A stretch of DNA of 64,000 nt from Actinomycetota bacterium (GTDB taxonomy: Bacteria; Actinomycetota; UBA4738; HRBIN12), in NCBI GenBank assembly GCA_046094825.1, contig JBJTIF010000126.1:8989-72988 (forward strand). Direction: 5' to 3'. Positions 53,636-64,000 of the stretch are shown here, one piece after another (positions within the stretch are counted from its first letter, which is position 1; every line of letters starts with the position of its first letter). The notes beneath the pieces are model-generated. The model searched no databases. It was not told where the DNA came from and was given only the letters and a program-made list of their open reading frames with translations. The position numbers were made by a program, and so were the translations under genes.

Positions 53636-54132
53636 TCGTCTACCTCGTCGGGATGCCGGGCTCGGGGAAGTCGAGCGTCGGTCCGGTCCTCGCCGACCGG
53701 CTCGGGGTCCCCTTCGTCGAGCTCGATCGCGAGGTCGAACGTGCCGCGGGCAAGCCCGTCGCGTCGATCTTCGCCGAGGACGGCGAGCCGCGGTTCCGGG
53801 CGCTCGAGGCGGAGGCGCTCGTCGCCGCGGCGGGTCGCGACCCGTCGGTCGTGTCCTGCGGCGGCGGGGTCGTCCTCGAGCCCGCGAACCGCGTGACGCT
53901 CCGGGCGAGCGGCGAGGTCGTGTTCCTCGACGTGCCGCTCGAGGTCCTCGAGGCGCGCGTCGCACCCGGTGCGGACCGCCCGCTCATCCGCGAGCGCGGC
54001 GATCTCGCGCGGCTCTTCGCGGACCGCCGCCCGCTCTACCGGGAGTTCGCCGCGCACGTCGTCGATGGCACCGGGACCGTCGAGGAGGTCGCGGATCGCG
54101 TCCGGGAGGAACTGCTCCGATGGCAACGGTGA
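53632..54132 (+). CDS. aroK: Shikimate kinase
   Basis: P-loop GMPGSGKSS. The ATG overlaps the aroC stop. Confidence 0.85.
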   Translation: MIVYLVGMPGSGKSSVGPVLADRLGVPFVELDREVERAAGKPVASIFAEDGEPRFRALEAEALVAAAGRDPSVVSCGGGVVLEPANRVTLRASGEVVFLDVPLEVLEARVAPGADRPLIRERGDLARLFADRRPLYREFAAHVVDGTGTVEEVADRVREELLRWQR

Positions 54133-55208
54133 CGGTCGCGACGCCCTCGCGCACGTACGACGTGACGATCGGGGCGGGGATCCTCGACCGCGCCGACGCC
54201 CTGCTGCCGCCGCTCCCCGGGGCGGAGAAGGCCTTCGTCGTCGCGGACGATGCGGTCGCGTCGCTCGCGTTCGCGCCCCTCGGCGCGGCGCTCGAGCGCC
54301 GCGGGCTCCGCATCGTCCGCCTGGCCGTGCCCGCCGGCGAGGCGGCGAAGACGCTCGGCGAGGCCGAGCGGCTCCTCCGCGCCCTCGCGGCGGCCGAGGC
54401 GCACCGCGACGACGTCGTCGTCGCGCTCGGCGGCGGGAGCGTCGGCGACCTCGCGGGGTTCGTCGCCGCGACGTACATGCGCGGGGTGCCCGTCGTCCAG
54501 GTGCCGACCTCCCTCACCGCGCAGGTCGACGCAGCGATCGGTGGGAAGACCGCCGTGAACCTCCCCGAGGGCAAGAACCTCGTCGGGGCCTACCACCAGC
54601 CGATCGCCGTCCTCGCAGACGTCGCCCTGCTCGCGTCGTTGCCCCCGCGCGAGGTTCGGGCGGGTCTCGCCGAGATCGCGAAGGTGGCGCTCGCCCTCGA
54701 CGCCGACCTCCTCGACCTCCTCGGCGCACGCACGACGGCCGTGCTCAAGTGCGATCCCGACGTCCTCGAACCGGTCGTCTGCGCCGCGGTGCGCGCGAAG
54801 GCCGCGGTCGTCGCCACCGACGAACGCGACGGCGGGGCACGGCTCGTCCTGAACTACGGCCACACGCTCGGGCACGCCCTCGAACGCCTCGACGGGTTCG
54901 GCGTCCGGACCCACGGCGAGGCCGTCGCCGTGGGGATGCGGTTCGCGGCGCGCCTGGCGGCCCGCATCGGTGTCGGATCCTCCGCGCTCGTCGATCGGCA
55001 CGACGCGCTCCTCGGCGCGCTCGGCCTCGGCGACGTCGGCGGACTCCCCGCGACGGAGGACCTCCTCGCGGCGCTCCGGATGGACAAGAAGTACGCGGGC
55101 GGGCTCCGGTTCGTCCTCCTCGAGGCCCTCGGTCGTCCGCGCGTCGTCGAGGGCGTGGGCGAGGGCGACGTTCGGGCGGCGCTCGCCGACCTCGGGGCCG
55201 CGGCGTGA
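54120..55208 (+). CDS. aroB: 3-dehydroquinate synthase
   Basis: GGGSVGDLAGF and metal-binding His motifs. Confidence 0.85.
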   Translation: MATVTVATPSRTYDVTIGAGILDRADALLPPLPGAEKAFVVADDAVASLAFAPLGAALERRGLRIVRLAVPAGEAAKTLGEAERLLRALAAAEAHRDDVVVALGGGSVGDLAGFVAATYMRGVPVVQVPTSLTAQVDAAIGGKTAVNLPEGKNLVGAYHQPIAVLADVALLASLPPREVRAGLAEIAKVALALDADLLDLLGARTTAVLKCDPDVLEPVVCAAVRAKAAVVATDERDGGARLVLNYGHTLGHALERLDGFGVRTHGEAVAVGMRFAARLAARIGVGSSALVDRHDALLGALGLGDVGGLPATEDLLAALRMDKKYAGGLRFVLLEALGRPRVVEGVGEGDVRAALADLGAAA

Positions 55209-55601
55209 ACGTCCTCTTCCTCTTCGGGCCGAACCTCGGCGCGCTCGGGACGCGCGAGCCCGAGCGCTACGGCACGGAGACGCTCGAGGAGATCATGCGC
55301 GGCGTGGCGGCAGTCCGACCTCGAGGCGGACCTCCTCGGGTGGGTCCGCGGCGCGGCGGGGGAGGGCTTCGGGGCGATCGTCGTGAACCCGGCCGCGCTC
55401 TCGCACTACTCGTACGCGCTCCGCGACGCGGTCGCGGCGTGCGGGATCCCCGTCGTCGAGGTCCACATGACGAACATCCACGCGCGCGAGGGGTTCCGCA
55501 GGACCTCCGTCGTCTCACCGGTCGCGCGTGCGGTCGTCGTCGGTGCCGGTGCCGGCAGCTACCACCTCGCCCTGGAGGCCCTCGCATGGATCACGCGCTG
55601 A
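55205..55601 (+). pseudogene. aroQ: Type II 3-dehydroquinate dehydratase, disrupted: about 10 residues (the beta2 region) are missing and the frame breaks near 55311
   Basis: The N-terminus VNVLFLFGPNLGALGTREPERYG...EEIMRGVAA is in one frame. QSDLEADLLGWVRGAAGEGFGAIVVNPAALSHYSYALRDA...HMTNIHAREGFRRTS continues in the +1 frame. Confidence 0.7.
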
Positions 55602-56665
55602 GACGGGACCGGCTCCGCGGCGCGCTCGACGATCTCGGCGTCGACGCGCTCCTCGTGACGCAGCTCTCGAACGTCCGCTACCTGACCGGGTTCACCGGCT
55701 CGAACGCCCAGTGCATCGTCGCGCGCGAGCGCGACCACCTCTTCACCGACGGCCGCTACGACGAGCAGGCGTCCCACGAGTCGCCCGACGTCCCTCGCAC
55801 GATCTACCTCGACGGCATCCCGCCGTACGTCGGCATCGCGACGCAGGGCGTGACCCGGCTCGGGTTCGAGGGCGGCTTCCTCACCTGGGCGGCGTGGAAC
55901 CGTCTCGTGCAGGTCACGGGGGAGGCCCGCATCGAGCTCGTCCCCACCTCCGGCGCGGTCGAGGAGCTCCGCCGGGTGAAGGAGCCGCGCGAGGTGGCGC
56001 TCCTGCGCGACGCGCAGGAGGCGACCGACGTCGCGTTCGCCCGGGTGATCCGCGGGGGCGGGCTGCGCGAGGGGATGACCGAACGCGAGCTCGCGTGGGC
56101 GCTCGAGCGGGCGATGCGCGACGCGGGCGCCGACGGCATGGCGTTCGATCCGATCGTCGCCTTCGGGGAGCACGCCGCGGAGCCGCACCACCACCCGACC
56201 GATCGGGCGCTCCGACCCGGGGACGTCGTGAAGACCGATTTCGGGGCGCTCGTCGCCGGGTACCACGCGGACATGACGCGCACCGTCGGATTCGGCGCGG
56301 TCCCGGGCGAGCTCCGCGAGATCCGTGACCTCGTCCACGCGGCGCAGGCGGCGGGGATCGCGGCGGTGCGTCCGGGAGCGCTCGTGTCGGACATCGACGC
56401 CGCGGCCCGTCGCGTCATCGAGGAGGCGGGGCACGGTCCGAACTTCCCCCACGGCCTCGGTCACGGCGTCGGCCTCGACATCCACGAGGACCCGTTCCTG
56501 CGCCGGACCACCGACGAGGTGCTGCCGCTCGGCGCGGTCGTCACGATCGAGCCCGGCGTGTATCTTCCCGGCCTCGGCGGCGTACGGATCGAGGATTCCG
56601 TCGAGGTGACGACCGACGGCGGTCGGCCCCTCCCGCGCTCGGACAAGGAGTTCCTGCTGACGTGA
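55586..56665 (+). CDS. M24-family Xaa-Pro aminopeptidase/dipeptidase (PepP/PepQ-like)
   Basis: Creatinase N-domain followed by a pita-bread fold with metal ligands ([16 protein letters not shown]). Confidence 0.8.
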   Translation: MDHALRRDRLRGALDDLGVDALLVTQLSNVRYLTGFTGSNAQCIVARERDHLFTDGRYDEQASHESPDVPRTIYLDGIPPYVGIATQGVTRLGFEGGFLTWAAWNRLVQVTGEARIELVPTSGAVEELRRVKEPREVALLRDAQEATDVAFARVIRGGGLREGMTERELAWALERAMRDAGADGMAFDPIVAFGEHAAEPHHHPTDRALRPGDVVKTDFGALVAGYHADMTRTVGFGAVPGELREIRDLVHAAQAAGIAAVRPGALVSDIDAAARRVIEEAGHGPNFPHGLGHGVGLDIHEDPFLRRTTDEVLPLGAVVTIEPGVYLPGLGGVRIEDSVEVTTDGGRPLPRSDKEFLLT

Positions 56666-57225
56666 GCACCTCCACGAACGACTTCAAGAACGGCATGACC
56701 CTGAACCTCGACGGCACGCTGTTCCAGATCGTCGAGTTCCAGCACGTGAAGCCCGGCAAGGGCGGAGCCTTCGTCCGCACGAAGCTCCGGAACCTGAAGA
56801 CCGGTGGGGTCGTCGAGCGCACGTTCAACGCCGGCGTGAAGGTCGGGATGGCGATCGTCGAGCGCAAGGACATGCAGTACCTGTACAAGGACGGCGACGC
56901 GTACCTCTTCATGGATCTCCAGACCTACGATCAGGTCGGCGTCCCCGCGGCGATCGTCGGCGACCTCGGCGGCTACCTCGGCGAGGGGTCGACGGCACAG
57001 GTGGCCCTCCACGAGGGCACGCCGATCGGGATCGAGCTCCCCGCGTCCGTCGTCATGACGGTCGTCGAGACCCAGCCCGCGGTGAAGGGCGACACGAAGA
57101 CGAACACCCTGAAGGCGGCGACGGTGGACACCGGTCTCGTCGTCCAGGTCCCGCTCTTCGTGAGCGAGGGGGAGCGCATCAAGGTCGACACGCGCTCCGG
57201 GGCCTACATCGAACGGGTGAAGTAG
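56662..57225 (+). CDS. efp: Elongation factor P
   Basis: KPGKGGAF loop and three OB/KOW domains. Confidence 0.9.
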   Translation: MSTSTNDFKNGMTLNLDGTLFQIVEFQHVKPGKGGAFVRTKLRNLKTGGVVERTFNAGVKVGMAIVERKDMQYLYKDGDAYLFMDLQTYDQVGVPAAIVGDLGGYLGEGSTAQVALHEGTPIGIELPASVVMTVVETQPAVKGDTKTNTLKAATVDTGLVVQVPLFVSEGERIKVDTRSGAYIERVK

Positions 57226-57229
57226 CCCG

Positions 57230-57631
57230 GTGGCCGCCCGCCACGCCGCGCGGCGGCAGGCCCTCGACCTCCTCTACCAGTCCGACGTCACGGGGCAGGA
57301 ACCCGCCGCGGCGATCGCGGCGTGGCGGGCGGCCGGCGAGACGGTCGACCCCTTCGCGGTCGAGCTCGTCGACGGTGTCACGGCCAACGCGGACGCGATC
57401 GACGCGCTCCTCGGGTCGGCGGCGGTCGGCTGGACCGTCGACCGGATGCCCGCGCTCGATCGGACGATCCTGCGCATCGCGATCCTCGAGCTGCGGTTCC
57501 GCGACGATGTGCCGGCCGCGGTCGCGATCGACGAGGCGGTCGCCGCCGCGAAGGAACTCTCGACCGAGGACTCCGCGCGGTTCGTGAACGGCGTGCTCGG
57601 TCGGATCGCCCGCGAGAGCGGTTCGGGCTAG
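57230..57631 (+). CDS. nusB: Transcription antitermination factor NusB
   Basis: NusB fold motifs ([17 protein letters not shown]). Confidence 0.85.
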   Translation: MAARHAARRQALDLLYQSDVTGQEPAAAIAAWRAAGETVDPFAVELVDGVTANADAIDALLGSAAVGWTVDRMPALDRTILRIAILELRFRDDVPAAVAIDEAVAAAKELSTEDSARFVNGVLGRIARESGSG

Positions 57632-57674
57632 CCAGCCACGCGGGTCGGTCGCGCCGCCGTCGACCCGCTGGACG

Positions 57675-57869
57675 TCAGGCGGAGGTCGTCGGTCCCTTCG
57701 GGGCCTCGCCGCCGTCGGCGGCCTTCGGCTCCTCGGACCCCTCGCGGATCCCCTTCTTGAACTCGCTCGACGAGCGTCCGAGGGAGCGCGCGAACTCCGG
57801 GAGCTTCTTCGCGCCGAACAGCAGGACGACGACGACGAGGATGATCAGCCACTCGGGACCACCGGGCAT
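57675..57869 (-). CDS. tatA: Twin-arginine translocase TatA/E-family subunit (64 aa from MPGGPEW; alternative upstream ATG at 57899)
   Basis: TM helix and amphipathic helix ([30 protein letters not shown]). An SD-like GGAAAGG lies before the 57869 ATG. Confidence 0.7.
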   Translation of the reverse strand: MPGGPEWLIILVVVVLLFGAKKLPEFARSLGRSSSEFKKGIREGSEEPKAADGGEAPKGPTTSA

Positions 57870-57974
57870 CTGCGGGACCGCCTTTCCGTCTGAGGCCATC
57901 AGTGTAGGGGAGCGGGGCGCTTGAGGGACCCGCGTCCGGGCGCTATCCTCCGCCCGACCACTTCCCCCCTTTAA

Positions 57975-59486
<1,512 letters not shown>

Positions 59487-59494
<8 letters not shown>

Positions 59495-60798
59495 GGCGTT
59501 CCGGATCCGCGGCGCGCGCGTCGTCGACCCCGCGGGGGGTCGCGACGGCGTCGCCGACGTCGCGGTCGCGGGCGGGGTCGGCGTCGCGACCCCCCGCGGT
59601 CGGCGACGACGCGCGCGCCGCGTCGGGACGGGTCCTCGAGGCCGACGGGCTCGTCCTCGCGCCGGGGCTCGTCGACCTGCACACGCACCTCCGCGAGCCG
59701 GGGTTCGAGCACAAGGAGACGATCGCCTCCGGGACGCGTGCCGCTGCGGTCGGCGGCTTCACCGCCGTCGCACCGATGGCGCACACCGCCCCTGTGACCG
59801 ACGCCGCCGCGGTCGTCCACGAGGTCCGCGCCCGCGCCGCGGACGCGGGGCTCTGCGACGTCTTCCCCGTCGGGGCCATCACCCGCGGTCTCGCCGGAGA
59901 GGAGATGAGCGAGATCGGCGAGCTCTACGAGGCGGGCGTCCGGGTCCTGTCCGACGACGGGCGGGTCGTGCCGAGCGCGCGCGTCCTGCGGAACGCGCTC
60001 ACGTACGCCCGCGCCTTCCCGGGCCTCGTGATCGCCGAGCACTGCGAGGAGCCCTCGCTCGCCGAGGGCGGTCTCGTCCACGAGGGGCCGATGTCGGCGA
60101 CGCTCGGCCTCGCCGGCGTCCCACGCGAGGCCGAGGAGATCGTCGTCGCCCGCGACCTCGCCCTCGCGCGGCTCACCGGGGGTCGCATCCATTTCTGCCA
60201 CCTGTCCTCCGCGGGCTCGGTCGAGCTCGTCCGCGCCGCGAAGGCCGCGGGGCTCGCGGTGAGTGCCGAGGTCACGCCCCACCACCTCGCGCTCACGGAC
60301 GCCGCGCTGCCGACGTACGACACGAGCCTCCGGATCAACCCGCCGCTCCGGGCCGCGACGGATCGCGACGCGCTCCGCGCGGCGCTCGCGGACGGCACGA
60401 TCGACGCGGTCGCCACCGACCACGCACCGCACGCGCCCGAGGAGAAGGAGGTCGAGTTCGACCAGGCGCTACCCGGGACGATCGGGCTCGAGACCGCGCT
60501 CGCGGTCGTCCTCACCGACCTCGTCGCCCCGGGGCTCCTCGACCTCCCGAGGGCGATCGCGGTGCTCTCGACCTCCCCCGCGCGGATCCTCGGGGCGACG
60601 GGCCACGGCGGGCCGATCGCGCCCGGCGCGCCGGCGAACCTCGTGCTCCTCGATCCCGCCGCGACGTGGACCGTCGCCCCGCCGTTCGTCTCCCGGAGCC
60701 GCAACTCCGCGTTCACCGGTCGCGAGCTCCGCGGTCGCGTCGTCGCGACGTTCCTCCGCGGCGAACCGGTCGTCCTCGAGGGCACGGCCCGGCGGTGA
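59487..60798 (+). pseudogene. pyrC: Dihydroorotase with a +1 frame break at a C6 homopolymer (59590-59595); probably a homopolymer sequencing error
   Basis: The N-terminus [30 protein letters not shown] is in frame 0. VGDDARAASGRVLEADGLVLAPGLVDLHTHLREPG onward is in frame 1. Confidence 0.75.
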
Positions 60799-61949
60799 CG
60801 CGACCGGCGCTCCTCGCCCTCGAGGACGGGACCGTGTTCCGCGGTCGCGGCTTCGGGGCCGCGGGGGAGGCGTTCGGCGAAGCGGTGTTCAACACCGGGA
60901 TGTCGGGGTACCAGGAGGTCCTCACCGACCCCTCGTACCGTCGGCAGATCGTCGCGATGACGGCACCGCAGCAGGGGAACTACGGCACGAACGCCCTCGA
61001 CGCGGAGTCCGCGCGGATCCAGGTCTCCGCGTTCGCGGTCCGTGAGGTGAGCCGCCGCGCCTCGAGCTGGCGCAGCGAGCGCCCGCTCCCCGAGCTCCTC
61101 GAGGCGGCGGGCGTGCCGGGGATCGAGGGGATCGACACGCGTGCGCTCACGCTCCGTCTCCGCGACGCCGGCGCGATGCGTGCCGCGGTCTCCACGGAGG
61201 ACCTCGATCCGACGTCGCTCGTCGCCCGCGTCCGGGCTTCCGAGGGGATGGAGGGCGCCGACCTCGCCCGCGACGTCTCGTGCGCGGCACCGTTCGACGC
61301 CGCCGACCTCGTCGGCCCCCCGGCGACCGACCGGGGCCGCGTGCTCCGCGTCGCCGCCTACGACTTCGGGATGAAGACGGACATCCTCCGCCGGCTCGCC
61401 GACGCCGGCGTCGCAGCGACGGTCTTCCCCGCCGCGACGCCGGCCGAGGAGGTGCGCGGCGGGGGCTACGACGGCGTGTTCCTCTCGAACGGCCCCGGCG
61501 ATCCCGCGGTGACGCGGTACGGGATCGAGGCGACCCGCGCCTTCCTCGGCGAGGTGCCGGTCTTCGGCATCTGCCTCGGGCACCAGCTCCTCGGCCTCGC
61601 CCTCGGCGGTGCGACCCGGAAGATGAAGTTCGGCCACCGCGGCGCGAACCAGCCGGTCATCGATCGCACCACCGGCCGCGTCGAGATCACGAGCCACAAC
61701 CACGGGTTCGAGGTCGACCCCCGGTCGTTCGGGTGCGACGCGCGGGGGCCGGAAGCGCCCGTCGCGGAGACGCCGTTCGGTCGGGTCGCCCTCACGCACT
61801 GGAACCTGAACGACGGCACGCTCGAGGGCCTGCGCTGCCTCGACGTCCCGGCGTTCTCGGTCCAGTACCACCCGGAGGCCTCGCCGGGTCCCCACGACGC
61901 CGGGCACCTCTTCGCGGAGTTCCGCGCCCGCATCGAGGGCGCCGCCTGA
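60795..61949 (+). CDS. carA: Carbamoyl-phosphate synthase small (glutaminase) subunit
   Basis: GATase triad (GICLGHQ, a His, a Glu) and the CPSase small-subunit N-domain. Confidence 0.9.
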   Translation: MTRPALLALEDGTVFRGRGFGAAGEAFGEAVFNTGMSGYQEVLTDPSYRRQIVAMTAPQQGNYGTNALDAESARIQVSAFAVREVSRRASSWRSERPLPELLEAAGVPGIEGIDTRALTLRLRDAGAMRAAVSTEDLDPTSLVARVRASEGMEGADLARDVSCAAPFDAADLVGPPATDRGRVLRVAAYDFGMKTDILRRLADAGVAATVFPAATPAEEVRGGGYDGVFLSNGPGDPAVTRYGIEATRAFLGEVPVFGICLGHQLLGLALGGATRKMKFGHRGANQPVIDRTTGRVEITSHNHGFEVDPRSFGCDARGPEAPVAETPFGRVALTHWNLNDGTLEGLRCLDVPAFSVQYHPEASPGPHDAGHLFAEFRARIEGAA

Positions 61950-64000
61950 TGCCGCGGCGGACCGATCTCCACCGCATCCTCGTGATCGGCTCGGGGCCGA
62001 TCGTCATCGGGCAGGCGTGCGAGTTCGACTACTCGGGGACGCAGGCGTGCCGGGTGCTCCGCGAGCAGGGGTTCCACGTCTCGCTCGTGAACTCGAACCC
62101 GGCGACGATCATGACGGACCCGGAGTTCGCCGACCGCACGTACGTCGAACCCCTCACGCCCGCGTCGCTCCTGTCGGTCCTCGAGCGCGAGCGTCCGGAC
62201 GCGCTCCTGCCGACGCTCGGTGGGCAGACGGCCCTGAACCTCGCGGTCGCGCTCGCGGAGTCCGGCGACCTCGATCGGCTCGGGGTCCGCCTCATCGGCG
62301 CGAACCTCGAGGCGATCCGTCGCGCGGAGGACCGCAGCGGGTTCCAGCGGGCGATGGAGGAGGCCGGGTTGCCGATCCCGAGCGCGGGGACCGCCACGAG
62401 CGTCGAGGAAGCCCTCACGATCGCCGCGCGGGTCGGCTACCCCGTCATCGTGCGCCCGTCGTTCACCCTCGGTGGGGGTGGCGGCGGGTTCGCCCACGAC
62501 GCCGACGGGCTCCGCGTCCTCGCCGCCCGGGGGCTCGAGCAGAGCCCCGCGACCGAGATCCTCGTGGAGGAGTCGATCGCGGGGTGGAAGGAGTTCGAGC
62601 TCGAGGTCATGCGCGACGGCGCGGACAACGCGGTCATCATCTGCTCGATCGAGAACGTCGATCCGATGGGCGTCCACACCGGCGACTCGATCACCGTCGC
62701 GCCGGCGCAGACGCTCACGGACCGCGAGTACCAGGTGATGCGCGACATGGCCCTCCGGTGCATCCGTGCGATCGGCGTGGAGACCGGTGGGTCGAACGTC
62801 CAGTTCGCGGTGCATCCGGAGGACGGCCGCATCGTCCTCATCGAGATGAACCCGCGCGTCTCGCGGTCGTCGGCGCTCGCCTCGAAGGCGACGGGGTTCC
62901 CGATCGCGAAGATCGCCGCGCTCCTCGCGGTCGGCTACCGGCTCGACGAGGTCGTGAACGACATCACGGGCGAGACCCCCGCCGCGTTCGAGCCGACGCT
63001 CGACTACGTCGTCGTGAAGATCCCGCGGTTCGCGTTCGAGAAGTTCCCCGGCGCCGACCCGGAGCTCGGCTCGACGATGAAGTCCGTCGGCGAGGTCATG
63101 GCGATCGGCCGGACGTTCAAGGAGGCACTCGGGAAGGCGTGGCGCGCCCTCGAGCGCGGCGGCGCGGATCTCGGGGCGTGGGCGCCGGACGTCCGCGCCG
63201 CCGCGCTCGAGGACCTCGCCGTCCCGACCGAGGACCGGCTCCGTCGCGTCGAGGCCGCGCTGCGTGCCGGCGCCACCGTCGACGACGTCGCCCGCGCGTC
63301 GAGGATCGACCCGTGGTTCGTCGACCAGATCGCGCAGGTCGCGGAGGCGAGCACCGCCCTCGAGGGCGCCGTGCTCGACGGTCTCGACGCGGAGGTGCTC
63401 CGCGAGGCGAAGCGGCTCGGGTGCTCCGACTCGCGGATCGGCGCGCTCACCGGCACCTCCGCCGCCGCGGTCCGCGACCGACGCCGCAGGCTCGGGGTGA
63501 CGCCGGTGTTCAAGACCGTCGACACCTGCGCCGGGGAGTTCCCGGCGCGGACGCCGTACCACTACTCCGCGTACGAGGACGAGGACGAAGTGCGGCCGGC
63601 GGAGCGACCGCGCATCGTCATCCTCGGGGCGGGGCCGAACCGGATCGGGCAGGGGATCGAGTTCGACTACACGTGCGTCCACGCGGCGTACGCGCTCGAG
63701 GCAGCGGGGTACGAGTCGGTGATGCTGAACAGCAACCCGGAGACGGTCTCGACGGACTACGACACGAGCGCGCGCCTGTACTTCGAGCCCCTGACCGAGG
63801 AGGACGTCCTCGCCGTCTGCGACCGCGAGCGCCCCGAGGGCGTCATCGTGCAGTTCGGCGGTCAGACGCCGCTCCGGCTCGCGCCCGCGATCGAAGCGGC
63901 GGGGTACCGCGTCCTCGGCTCGCCCGCCGCCGCGATCGACCTCGCGGAGGACCGCGGGAAGTTCGCGGAGGTCTGCGCGGAGCTCGGGGTCGCCGCGCCG
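61949..64000 (+). CDS. carB: Carbamoyl-phosphate synthase large subunit (3' end outside the window)
   Basis: ATP-grasp motifs [19 protein letters not shown] and, in the second repeat, [17 protein letters not shown]. The ATG overlaps the carA stop. Confidence 0.9.
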   Translation, partial: MPRRTDLHRILVIGSGPIVIGQACEFDYSGTQACRVLREQGFHVSLVNSNPATIMTDPEFADRTYVEPLTPASLLSVLERERPDALLPTLGGQTALNLAVALAESGDLDRLGVRLIGANLEAIRRAEDRSGFQRAMEEAGLPIPSAGTATSVEEALTIAARVGYPVIVRPSFTLGGGGGGFAHDADGLRVLAARGLEQSPATEILVEESIAGWKEFELEVMRDGADNAVIICSIENVDPMGVHTGDSITVAPAQTLTDREYQVMRDMALRCIRAIGVETGGSNVQFAVHPEDGRIVLIEMNPRVSRSSALASKATGFPIAKIAALLAVGYRLDEVVNDITGETPAAFEPTLDYVVVKIPRFAFEKFPGADPELGSTMKSVGEVMAIGRTFKEALGKAWRALERGGADLGAWAPDVRAAALEDLAVPTEDRLRRVEAALRAGATVDDVARASRIDPWFVDQIAQVAEASTALEGAVLDGLDAEVLREAKRLGCSDSRIGALTGTSAAAVRDRRRRLGVTPVFKTVDTCAGEFPARTPYHYSAYEDEDEVRPAERPRIVILGAGPNRIGQGIEFDYTCVHAAYALEAAGYESVMLNSNPETVSTDYDTSARLYFEPLTEEDVLAVCDRERPEGVIVQFGGQTPLRLAPAIEAAGYRVLGSPAAAIDLAEDRGKFAEVCAELGVAAP

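Overview
This is a 64 kb, roughly 72% GC chromosomal segment of a high-GC Actinomycetota genome. It is a densely packed housekeeping backbone in which every CDS is on the + strand except lexA, an EF-G paralogue and tatA. Gene order is strongly syntenic with Mycobacterium and Corynebacteriales-type chromosomes. In order, the window contains: a CinA C-terminal domain, thpR, recA-recX, rny, miaB-miaA-dapF-(DapL-like aminotransferase)-hflX, lexA divergent from a LysM protein, nrdR-nrdJ-dut, a tRNA-Gly/Cys/Val/Val cluster, a MacB-type ABC pair, thrS-HIT-DUF423, an EF-G paralogue on the minus strand, a membrane protein followed by a PIM acyltransferase and pimA, lemA-htpX, a DUF3048 protein, pdxS-pdxT-yebC, ruvC-ruvA-ruvB, yajC-(HD protein)-secD-secF-apt-relA, an MBL hydrolase, hisS-aspS, a PPOX-family protein, rarA, a DUF948 protein, alaS-ruvX-mltG-aroE, aroC-aroK-aroB-aroQ-pepP-efp-nusB, tatA, and pyrR-pyrB-pyrC-carA-carB. 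Many adjacent genes overlap by ATGA/GTGA, indicating translational coupling. The regulatory sites readable directly in the sequence are three LexA SOS-box sites (recA, the lexA/LysM divergent pair, and ruvC), tandem NrdR boxes upstream of nrdJ, and a PyrR-binding motif with a 10-codon leader ORF overlapping the pyrR start. No rRNA, CRISPR array, transposon or prophage was seen, and no new multi-gene system is evident. The most unusual items are a SecD carrying six tandem Cys-pair modules inserted in its periplasmic head domain, an NrdR whose second CxxC zinc-ribbon half is replaced (QWLAGG), and five conserved genes (pimA, hisS, aspS, aroQ, pyrC) with frame disruptions. Two of those disruptions are apparent ~30-nt deletions and three are small indels in GC runs; they are more consistent with assembly or indel error than with real pseudogenes. 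Nearly all minus-strand ORFs in the track are GC-driven antisense artefacts.
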